Origin: Lepidodermella squamata
Lineage: Eukaryota > Animalia > Gastrotricha
Length of the DNA: 64,000 nucleotides
Reading direction: 5' to 3'
Assembly: GCA_047495785.1 (NCBI GenBank)
Contig: JBLDXI010000042.1
Coordinates: forward strand, 3,844,001-3,908,000
Part shown: positions 1 through 11,600 of the stretch, piece by piece
How positions within the stretch are numbered: the stretch's first letter is position 1
How the letters are laid out: each line of letters opens with the position of its first letter
Notes under the pieces: model-generated
What the model was told of the DNA's origin: nothing
What the model saw: the letters and a program-made list of their open reading frames with translations, nothing else
Database searches by the model: none
Translations under genes and position numbers: made by a program

Positions 1-969
1 ATGACATCCAGCCCGCCCTTGTCCAGATTGATGTGCGTGGTCATCGGCCGTCCAGCGTGAACTTTGTCAAACGACCAAATGTTATCACTCCGTGAAGAAT
101 TGTTGCTCACTTCGCACATTTTATACTTCAGCCAGCAGGTGCCTGTCGGGTAGACGAAGACGAAACCAACACAACGCTCGCGATAGGTGCGATCACACTT
201 CTGCGCGCATTTCATAGGCGTCGAGCCATCAAAGTTGGCTATATCATTGCCGGGGCAATTGCCACGGTAAACTCGGTAGCCGGGCACTTCTGCAAAACCA
301 GATTTACGCTTATCGATATTGTTTGTTGTTGAGTTTAGACCTACCGTCAATCGGCCTTGGCCACAGCATACTGTCAAACAGTGCGTACCCATTCCACCAC
401 TTAGTCACATTGGAATATTTCGACGACAAAATCTTATAGGGGATAGAGTTATTTCTACGCGTGATACATGCTTCTGGCGCAATTGTTACCTGGTAAAGAA
501 TGTCCCTCTGCTGAGGTGACTGGAACGTCACCATTTCGGACATGTGGCGCTCCTCGCAGATTTGCCACGCATCAGGGCGTAATCGCGAGACAGTATCCAT
601 GTAATAGCACTTGTTGCTGATAGGATCAGCCTCCCAACCGGTTGGACAGAACTTTTTCTTGAAGTACATCGTATACCCACGCCCGGTTGGGTCAACGTCG
701 GTCTCGGGGAGTGGTAGAGCAAGATCTTCATGGCTATATAGCAGGCAACTGCTATACGCTTGGCTGAATGCGACGCTGGAACACCGTTTAATCAGGCAGT
801 AGGTGAAGCATTCGCCGGAGACTGAAGCCGGAAATTCATAACTCGGTTTCAGGCTTACAGGTAAACGGTTGTTGAGTTCCGGATATGTCTGCCAGATCTG
901 CTCAGTTTCGAGGCTGATGGCCAGCGAAAAACAGACACACAGTGATACGAGTAAGCGGTTGTCAAACAT
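1..969 (-). CDS. Secreted PAN/apple + C-type lectin domain protein (3' end runs off the window)
   Basis: Signal peptide MFDNRLLVSLCVCFSLAIS; PAN-like motif ECFTYC..RCSSVAF..SSCLLY; CTL start CPTGW...KCYY...AWQIC...WWNGY. GT-AG introns 489-433 (57 nt, in frame) and 344-290 (55 nt) lead to a second PAN domain (GNCPGNDI..KCAQKC..RCVGFVF..GTCWLKYKMC). Exons 969-490, 432-345, 289-<1. Confidence 0.8.
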
Positions 970-1536
970 GGCCAATAATAATTTTTGAATTATCTGCTTT
1001 TTAATAACAGAAATTTATACTTCTTTCGGGAAAAGTCACTAGCGCCATTAATGATTCAGCTTTTCACGCCAGCCAGATGATAACTTGTTTTTAACCGTCG
1101 ACTTTGTTGCGATGGAAGCTTATACGGGAAAAGCGCTGTTTGAATTGCACGCGATTAATAATTAAGGCGCGGCATTATACGCACCCGAGGTCTGAGTATG
1201 CATTTTTTATGGTGTACGGTATGTTACCTTCTCGTGCGGAATCGATACAAGTCAATTTTCAGAAAAAAACCCAAAGTGTTCAACCATAATTTATTCTTTT
1301 CGTAAATTAGTTTTCCAACAAATTTCGACGGCAGATTTTTGTATTTATGAAGCTAACAGACAGTTCTGAAATGAAATCATCGCATTCGCATTTTTTCCGA
1401 GAGTATAAAAAAGGGTGGATAAATAGTTGATTTATTCAAGTTGTTGTATAATACTGCACATTAATTGTCTCGAAAAAAATTGTTTAATTTGTTTAAAGTT
1501 GATGTTACATAATTTAGAATTGAATAAAATTGCGCG

Positions 1537-1793
1537 CTAAAAATGACAGTACATAACAGACGGTAGGTAGTTGTTGATAAGTGATATGAGGCCGTTGATG
1601 CACATAAATAGCAATGAATTGTTGACGTTATTGATGATGACAAAGATGAAAGACAGGTGATGATGTAATAAGAACGACGACTGCTGAAGCCGGCCATCTG
1701 CCGACGGCCGAACGCGGTGGTTGAGCGCCGAGGAAGCAGCTCGGCTGCACGCCGTCGAATCGACGCGAACACTCGATGACGTCGCAGAGGTAC
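1537..1793 (-). CDS. ace: Putative alternative last exon of the cholinesterase (Ser/Ala-rich, then hydrophobic; H/GPI-like)
   Basis: Acceptor TTTCCAG ending at 1794. The phase-1 junction from exon 3823-3784 gives an open 85-aa frame (GTSATSSS..STACSRAASS..LSFIFVII..LLFMCINGLISLI..). AATAAA on the minus strand at 1436-1431. Confidence 0.55.
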
Positions 1794-3108
1794 CTGGAAA
1801 TCGATGCATTATTAATGATTCAGTTCGAGTCATTCAAGTGTGTAACAACAGAATAAGAAAAGGCCGTATTGACAAGCTTTGAACAATAGAGCAGAAAGTT
1901 GTGTTTTCTTTTTTCAGGCTTATGGTGGGGACATTATAAATCGATTAAGATCATTAATTCCTAGATGACTAATATTTCTAACTTACTTTTTCAAATTATA
2001 ATTTATAGCTGAAGTAATTAGCATCATTTCCGACTGATACGAATGAATGCTGATTTCAGCTTTTTACAAGACTTCGCGCAAAAAATCGATTTACATCCCG
2101 TTTATGCGCACAATTGCTTCCAATTGCTTCCAATGGTGGTGGCTTCCAATAAAAGGCGAATAAATTCCCTTTTAACTAGTGAAAAATATTGTCTTCCGCT
2201 GCTCAAGCAATAGCGTTAGCCATTCTGACCTGGGAAAGGACAATTTTTACCCTCAGACATGGCCAAAAAACGAGAACTATAATGCCAGCTTGACCTAGGA
2301 TGCCCTGGACGATGTCGAAAATCAATAGGAGACGTAGAATCGTCAAAAGATTACTCAAATTCGTAAAAAAAATGAGCAACTTGTGCGATAGAAATTCAAG
2401 TTTTCGTTCACTACTCTTGAATTTGTGTATTTTCATGAGCTGAAACTAGCCCAATCCAATATCGATATCCAATATAGATTGTTCTAAAATTGATGAAAAA
2501 ATTCCCGAGATCTAAATCTGGAGAATATATTTTGTATTTTGTTCCAATAGTAGCCCATTCTGTAATTGTAGACGAGGGCTGATGATTCAAGTCGGTTCGA
2601 AAATATAAAAAATGTGATTCACCAAAAATTCAGTTTCAAATGTTTCTATATTGCGATAGAAACAACGGTATTCGAATTTAACTGTGGACAAGCGAACCTT
2701 AATTGAGAGATCTTACAAAAACTCAAAATATGCCACAATTTTGACACTTTCGAGGCGTTTAGAGGACCCAAGTTAAAAGATTTTCAGATTTTAAATTTTT
2801 TGATTCGCTATTTTTTGAACGTCATCAATTTTTCAAAAACTCATTTTCAAATTTTAAAATATATTAAAATATTTTTTTATCAAATTTCCTCGCTTGATCA
2901 ACGCCATATACACCTAATATTAATAGTAATTATATTGAGTAATAAAAAATTAAAATATTAAAATTTTGTAAATATCGGTCTATTGTTTCGCCATATGTAT
3001 TTAAGAGTTGACTGACTGAACGTGGCAATGTAACCAGTAGGTGATGAGTGAAAGAATTTTCTTCAATCTCTGAGAATCCTCAATGGAATCTTTCTTCTTC
3101 TGTCTTCT

Positions 3109-6100
3109 TCACAAGTCAAGATTGTCTTCCTCGTCGTCGTTCGCATTCATCCTCGCCTGCTGCTTTCGCGACTGTTGCGGAGAAGGGGCGCAAATTTTAT
3201 TGTTAACTCGGTTCGGGCTGGTATAGGGTGACGGCACACCAGGTTGTCGCTTAGCGTTAGTTGCCGTTGCGGCGGTAAATCTAGCAAACTGAGCCTCCCA
3301 TTCAGGCAAAAGATCATATTTCCAGTGGTAGAAAGATTTCTTCCAGTCGGTTTCGACCCGCCCAACGTCAGCTGGAAAAACATTAATTCAACCAATTAAT
3401 TGGCGTGTTAAAATCTAAATTTTACTACGTAAATTCGTAAAATCAGGCTAAAATCTACATTTTTCTATCGGATGCTATGTTGTATTTAAAAAATGATTGA
3501 AAAATAGAGTACACACCTTTGGATTGTATGCAGAGTAGGTGTTAGTGAGTTGAGATTGGATGTCAATCGAGCGGTATTTTCATTCCATTCTCTAGGCAGG
3601 CGCACTCCGTCGGGTTCAACATGGCACATGGAAACCACGATCAATTTTCAGTCAACTCTTTCAACATCATGGCGAGCAAAAAACCGATAGAGAAAGAAAC
3701 AGAAAAAAAAGATATAACAAAAAATTGAAATTCATCGTGCATGAAAAATCAATGCAAGTTATCAATCAAATTTCATTCCATACCGGATAAGGCATCGAGT
3801 TTTGGAAGGTATCCGTGCCAAAACTAGTTGAAAAAAATAAGAAAAATTAGCGTGAAAATTGTGTTAAAAGGCGACTTACGGCGCATTCTTGGGCCTTGAT
3901 CGAGGTGCCAACTGAAGGTTGGCGCTTCGTGACGAGCGCGTCGACGCTCAACTCGAGGAATGTTTTTTCGTAGTAACTATACTCGGGCCACGGCGGAAGT
4001 TCTAAATTGGCCTGGTTAGGACTTGTTCGGTCGCGAATGTTTGGATCACTAAAATCGTGATTTTAGAATATTATATGTAAAATTTGAAAGAAATATTTTG
4101 CTCACCCAAATTTCGCAAAGTTGGTCCAGTAGGCCATCATGAAGCGAGACAGCATCTTCTCCTCGTCTGTATAAGGCTTTGAGTAGTTGAAAGGTTCGCC
4201 GAAAATGAAGCAGATCTCGTCGCCATGCAATACGCCCATCCACGCCGGCCAAGGCACCTGTTCAGAAAAATACAAAAATAAGTTTAAAAAATTCGGAAAA
4301 ATAAACAGATCAATTGGGGAAAATATTTAAAAATACAAGCATTCAATTTCGCATTTCGCAGAGCATGCTTCTGATCAAAAATGAATCGTGTGAAAATCCA
4401 GCTTTTTAGAACCATTTTTCGATTTGTTAATCGATTATTTCGATTAAAGGGAAATAACAACTTTTCACTATCAATACAGGCAGTCCCATTTAAACCATGA
4501 CTCATAAGTTGTGCAAACAATTTCTTTTTTTTTGGGAATTTATGCAGGTAATTAATCCATAATTTTTAATTTCCGAAGGCATCGCTCTCAGCTTTCATCT
4601 ACGATTTCGGCGAAAAAATTACCGAAGAAAACCGCAATACCTAACTGCAACCGCTGCATGGTAATTTTTGGTATTTTACCCGTTTAACCTAAAATTCTTC
4701 TGATTTTTCAAAATCCAAAAATTGAATATTTGAATACTAAATTATTATTCTCATAGCGTTTAGAATTTTCCTGGCAATGAGAATTGACTTTGCCTCTCAT
4801 TTTTTGACTTTCTGATCATTTTCATAAAATTTTCTCCGTTTGCGTTGCTAATGGGACATGCCGTATTTTTTTAATTAAAAAATATTTATATAATTTAATC
4901 CAAATTTATATTTATTTTATTTTATTTATTTATTTTAGTTTTTAAATAATTTACCTGGCTTGACCGCTGTGCGAAGTAATAAAGGAAGACTTTGTGTTTC
5001 GAATACCACATATCATTCTCCGGAATCGACGAGTAGATCGACTCCGGGTTGCGCATCGCCGGCATGGGACTCGCAGCACCGTCACCGCCGCCGCCGCCCG
5101 CCGCCGCCGCTGCCTGTTGCTCGGGGCTGGTCAGCGGCTGCTGCAGGTAGCTGAACCCGGACGCAAAGCTGCGCTTCAGCCTCACGTAACGCACCGAAGC
5201 GTCGTCGTCATCACTCGGATTTTCCGCCAGATTGCTCTCGCCGCGATTCGACGCCGGCGCGTCGTTGGCGTAGTCGGGCGGCGGCTCGGGCTTACCCGGC
5301 GGCGGCACGAGCGGCGCCGGCGGCAGTTCGACGTAGCTATCCGCCCAACTGACAACCGGGCAGGCAAACGCCCAGTCGCCGGTCGCCGAGTCGACGGCGC
5401 TCAAAATGTCCTGGCTGGTGATAACCGGCAGCCGCCAGGGCGTGTACTGGAACTCGATCGCGTCTAGCACGATTTGACTCGACGACCGATTGAAGTGCGG
5501 GTAGAAGGCGAAAAAGTCGCGGATCAAGTCAGAGTAGACGCGAGTCGTAAAATTCATCTGCCGGTTAGGCGCGCGCGGGTGTTTGAACAACTGGAAGCCT
5601 TTTGTTGTGTACAGCATAAAGTAGGAGCCTTCGTTCTTGTTCAGCCCGCCCATTATTGACACGTTGTAGTACTGGCCGTCGGCGAGCATGTCACGCGGGT
5701 GGCGCGGCAAAAAATCACCGTCGATTACTGGCACGAATGGAAACTGCGCGTAACCGGCTGGGTCCTGTACAAAAAAAATTCGCGAAAATTAGCAAAAAAT
5801 TCGGAAAAATTCGAAAAAAATGAAAATTAAACAAGCGAAAGTGAAGAGCACTAAAATGCAAAATATAGCAAAATTTTTCAGTGTTTTTTCGCTAATAATT
5901 AAGCAAGAATAAAATTCTTAAAAATCAAAAGTGAGCAGTGATTTATTTTCAATTTCAGTCAAATTACCCTTGTTCCATTCTGGAAACATTTCATTTTTTA
6001 GAAAAATAAATAAGAGAAGAATGTAAAGGTAGTCTGAAGGCGTAGAAATTAAGCTGTCACACGCTGTAAAGAAGTTGACGTAAACACGTATCCGGCATAG

Positions 6101-8618
6101 ATAAAAAGCCAAAAATTAGATCAACGCAGATTCATAGCCAATTCGGAAATTAAAAAATCAGTCTACAGGTACAGCAGGCCGCTACAAAATTAATCGAAAA
6201 CTCTTTCGTTAAAATTATTAACCCGGTCAGGCTGAAAATTGTAAAATATATTCATTATTTTTACTTGGAATACTCTATGAAAACCCTTGATCATTTTTCA
6301 TTAATATTTAATTGACTCAAATACAACGCATATTTCATTATTTTACCGCCAAATTTCGATATTCCGACCACGATTCTAATAACTCGGGAAAATCACGTAT
6401 GAATATGATTAGCTTCAACTGACAAACGGACAATCAATAGTAAAAATTGAGTTATCTAATATGATTAAATTCTCAATTAATACATAAAAAACCGGACACC
6501 GACAACTGACGAAAAATATTAATTTACGTCATTTCTGTAACTCAATTACCCTATCTCAAGGGATTCCCGAATTTGGCAGCGGAAAATGTTCTTTTATTTG
6601 ATCTATTTCTCTGTCTCAAATGTCCGTTAATCAGCTGAGCTAAAAAGTAGGAATTGCCGAAAATTAATGTTGAACTTTGATTATTACCTCAGGTTTAGTG
6701 ACGAGAAATATTTTGAAATAAAAAATCTGAACCCACGTAATATTATTTCCGAAGTCGCATCTCAATTGTTTAGGAATATATGCAATTTTTGTCGATTTTT
6801 CTTAATTAATCGAAATTCCGACAAAAATTAAATAATTGATTATGGAAGCGACTAATGCCTAGATTTCAAGTTCCAGCACTGAATTCAGCCCCAGTTTGGT
6901 TTCTTGAGTTCAACGCCTTGCTTGAACTCAATTTTTAATTTAATTCAAATTTCAAATTAGAAGGCAATTTTCTAGATATTCGAGGGTAAAAGATAGCTAA
7001 TTTGGAAAATATTCAAAAAAATTTAGGGCTTTGAATTAGCGCTGGAACCTCAAAAATGTAGACCCAGTTATGAGCGATTTGATATTTCAAGGTTTTTTTC
7101 AAGTGATGCGACTCTTACCGCAGATAGCACGTTCCACTCTTCTTCGGGCAGTCGTAGGAATTGCTGCGAGCGTAAGCAGTCGATTTTCCACCGCATCTCA
7201 TCGGCGGCGCTTTTCGGGCTGCTCGGCGGCACCGGCGGCGGCGCGCCATACATCGAGTCGGCATCAGCCGCCGACTGGCTGAGCGAGGCGGACGGCGGCG
7301 GCGCGCAGGTGGACGCAAATTTCGTCACCAGCTCATTCGACCGCCACATGGCCTCCTCCTGCGTCAACACCGCCCAGCCGGACAGCGCAGAGGCCGACTG
7401 GATAACGGCACGTTGGAAGTAGTCGCGGCTGTGCGGCGAGAGGAGGTGCAGCGCGACCGAGGCGGCGCCGGCGCTTTCGCCGAAAATCGTCGTGTTGCGA
7501 CAGTCGCCGCCGAAGTTGTGCACGTTCTCGCACAGCCACTTGAGCGCCAGCCATTGGTCCCACATGCCCATGTTGCCCGGCGCGTCGTCTGTGCCGAAGT
7601 ACAAAAACCCTAACGCGCCGAGGCGGTACTGCATCGACGCGACGATGATGTTGTTATACCCGGCCAGAATCCGCCCGTCGTACAGATCGAGCGTTGTCGT
7701 GCCGCTCGTGAAACCGCCGCCGAAAATCCAGACTAGAACCGGGTGAAGGCCGCGTTGTTGCTTCGAGTCGCCCTGCCTGCCGCCCTTGTTGAAGTCGTCC
7801 AACACGCGGCGCGGCACCCATAAGTTGAGGTAAAGGCAGTCTTCCGACATTTCGGTGTTCGCGTTCCACATCATCGCGCCTTCGAACGTGTCGAACAACG
7901 CGTCGAGCAGCTGCGGGCATGAGTTCGGCTTCGACGTCGCGTCTAGTATGTCCTTCCACGGCTGGCGGGGGCTGGCCTTCCTAAACCGCCGCTCGCCAAC
8001 AGGCGGTTCTGCGTAGGGGATGCCTAAAAATTCGTAGACCTCGATGTTAGTATTCGGCAGTTGCACGAGCCGGCCCTGCACTAGGCCCATGTTTGTCGCG
8101 ACAGTGCCGGACGGGCCCGGCGCGGTTGCTTGCCGCCGCGCTCGATTTGACGATGTATTTGCGTATTTTGGGTGTAGTTTTGCGTCGATTTTCGATGATG
8201 AGTTTCTTGATGAGTATATCGGCGAGGTTGAAGCAGCAGGCACGTTGATAGTTACAGCTATTAGGACGATGCTTAGAGTAGTTAACAGCAGCCAGACGCG
8301 CCGCCGGTGCCGGTGGTGGAACCGAGGAGGATCCGCGTCTCGCCATCGAGGAGGAGGTGGAGGTGGAGGAGGAGAAAGACGTTGTTGGCAGCTGATTAAA
8401 GATGAGGAGTTATTAGCGCTAATTATCGAATCATTATTATCTTCCGAATCGAAGCCACTTATACGGGACCGAGACGTCACCGCATCGTCCGGTTCGACCC
8501 GACTAGGCGGCCCGGTTTGCGGTGACAGGTGCCTGGGTCGGCGACAGGTCGATTTCAGCGGTTTCGAGGCGGCTGCAGCTATTGTGTTGATTGTTGTTGA
8601 TTTCGTCCGATGTGACAT
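3109..8618 (-). CDS. ace: Acetylcholinesterase/cholinesterase, T (WAT-domain) isoform, about 977 aa
   Basis: Exons 8618-7119, 5764-4955, 4257-4106, 4048-3880, 3823-3784, 3371-3109; all junctions GT-AG and in frame. Motifs FLGIPYAEPP, WNAN (choline-binding Trp), SEDCLYLN, GGGF, FGESAG (Ser), NKNEGSYF (Glu), GVLHGDEI (His), YWTNFAK, ECAFW. Last exon encodes ADVGRVETDWKKSFYHWKYDLLPEWEAQFARF. Confidence 0.93.
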
Positions 8619-11600
8619 CTTTTAGTTTCATTTTGTGTTATTACAATTAACAGTAAGGTGATAATTAAAAACACGGATAAACATCCAGCTAGATCAAGAA
8701 AAAAAAGAAAAAAAAATTAAAATTCTTCAAAATTAAAAAATCCTCCTTAAAAATTCAGTTTAACAAGAAAAGCGAGGCTATAAGCTGAGACTAATAGGTA
8801 ATGGTTCCAAAAAAATGAATAATTCAGGCAATCGATACCGCGAAAGCGCATAAGAGTTCCTATCATCGAAACTAGAATTGTTTATAGTGCTAACGATTTT
8901 CTGACCAGACCCAAAATAACAGGCAAAATTTTGGGTTGACCTATATTTCGTGCGTCTTCTTGACCCGAGCGCGGTTATTGCAGGCAAGTTTTATTGCCCC
9001 ATGCCATCTTATCGTCGAGATCGAAACAAGATTTGCACGTTTATACTAAGATAAGGTCGGCAGATAGCTTTAATAAAGCATCGATGTGTTGCGATAACTT
9101 CGCATTAAAATCAGAATGATCGTATAATGTCTAGCGTGTGCCGCGAAAAATTATTTCCGACCTAATGTCAATCAATTATATCCAACTTAATTTGTCATCT
9201 GCAGTCGCTTGAATCTAGTATAGCTTCAAAAATTCACTATATCAAAATGTGTTATATATCAACGAGGTCTTAAGAGCTGAAAAAGCTGAATGCTGATTAA
9301 AAGAAGATAATTACTAGAACGAAATTACAAGGCGTGAGTGGGAGTAGGTTGCGTTTTTTTTCTTCGTTTAATCATGAAATTGCAAAATGCCGGGTACCAA
9401 GTACGTGTAAAGCCCGCGTATGAAAATTGACAGAGGGGTCTCCCGGCTTGTTTTAATTGCAGCCGTGATGAAACAATAAAATAAGAAAGCAATCACCGCC
9501 AAATATTTGCCGTCAGAGATGCGCCTTGCGATAACAACTCAACTAATAATAGACAGTTGGCTGGAAAAAATCTTAAAAAGATGAACACGGTAGATAAAAG
9601 AGTAAGAAATAATGAGATACCAAAATAGCTCGTGTTCTATATACTCGAATAATTATCATTGCCGCCGCGTGATTGCTAACGTGTTAAAAGGCCACGCGTT
9701 CCATTGCATTTTTCTGCTGGTGGCGACATGACGAACACAGAGTCGTGTCGCATCTATGCCTACGTGTGTCACGCGGCCCCGGCGCTACCGAGTGAATCAA
9801 GCTAGTTTATTAGTTCGGCTTCAATATTCGCATAAAATATGAATAAGTGCGCGGCTGCTTTGTGTTGCCGCTAACCACTTTGTTAGCCGCATGCTTCATA
9901 TAACAACATAATCTAAAACAACAACACAGGTAGTATACGCCTTTTATGTGTATAAATAGCAAACAAATTTTATTGAATTAATTTAAAACTTTCGAAAAAA
10001 AAATTTGGGTTCGAAAATATTTCCAGGCCATGATTTTTGAGGCCCGGAGTTGACTGAAAAAATGATGAGGGAAAAAATAATTTTGTTATATAGTTTTTTC
10101 TTACTACAAAATGTACGCAAAGTGTAATTGCATTTTTCGGAAAGTTTCGAAGCGAAGATATATTATACGCAGATGCGTACGTGTAGACAGGGCGCAAAAA
10201 ATTATTAGAAATCGCAGTTAGGTATATTTCATAGATAGGTATATATTTATCTATCTATTCGAGTGACGGCGGGCTGGCTATGACACTGATATGCGACATG
10301 CAGTGTGCGTATAGATATTTATTATTATTATTATTAAACTATACACGTTATTTTGAAGAGAAGGAATTTTAGGCGGCAACAGGCGCCGCCGTAGTTAGTA
10401 GTTGTAGTAGGTAGAAAAAACACGCCGCAAATTTTCGGCTATTTTTCGCGCGCGTGAGACGCCCGGCAAGACGCGCACGCGCGCACGCGAAATATTGTTG
10501 TGCGCGAAACACACATTATATAAGGTGGCTAAAAAAAAGTATTGGCGCGCGCGCGACACCTGTAAGGATTGCGCGCTCGCTTGATAATTGGCCGATCGAT
10601 AATACAAGGCAATATGTGTATCGAAATAACAAGCCGCCCGGCGAGTTAGTGCCTACACTTCCGTATATATAATATACTTTTTTTTTTACTTCTACTGCTA
10701 AGGAATTTCGCCTGCTCTTGATCGCGGGTGTTGAGAGTTATATCGACGCACTTGAGGTGGCGAAAAATGTGTATTTACTCGTCTCATCATCGGTTTTATT
10801 TATACAATAATAAGTGAGTATGATAGGTTTGACCGGGCTGCTGACCGTGGCCCGATGAAAAGTGACATGCGATTTGTGCCTTCACCTTGTTGCGTGTATA
10901 TTTTCACAACAACGGCGCGCTTCGAGAGCGAGATGCGCGCCAAGTGCAAGGCGGCGGCGCGCTAAAATAACACGCGTTATAGCGAGCACTAATTTTTCGC
11001 CGGCCGCGCCGCCGACAAGGCTAAGGAATGCGATAGATATTATTATTATTATTATATAGCAACAGCAGACTAGTGAGGACATTGGCGCACTTGCGGTTTT
11101 TTCGCCCTTCTTTCTTTCGCCGCTCCCAATGTCCCAGCGCTCTCACTGCTGTCTACACGCAGCATCGTAAAATTGATGATAATGCACTAATGATGAGATG
11201 ATGGTGGTAATGATGAGAAGAAGAAATTTTTGGCCCGCTGTTCACATCTCGAGAGATTTCAATTAGTTTGTACGTGTTGATACAATAAAATGATCCGGCG
11301 ATACGAGATAAACGACTCAATAGATGCGCGCGGGATAAATTAATTTTATTATATGCGGTTTTTTTCTTATATGTATAGCTGGAGTGGAAATGTCTCGCAC
11401 TTCGAGTGCAGGTCAATGGGCGCTTCAAAGGCGGGGGAGGAAACAGATTGATCGAGGGCTAGAGCGCGAAAATTAGCACCTCTGACCAATCTGAATAACA
11501 ACCGATGGACAATATGAGTGGGAAAAAATAACAAATCATAAATAAAATCTTGATTAATATTCAAGCTTGCATATTAAAAATCAATGCATTAGGTTGATTA

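Noticed and set aside
3517-3591. 75-nt AG..GT-bounded segment in the ace intron before the T exon
   Set aside because: In the required phase it reads ENGMKIPLD then stop, and the acceptor is weak. It could be a short soluble-form exon but has no support.
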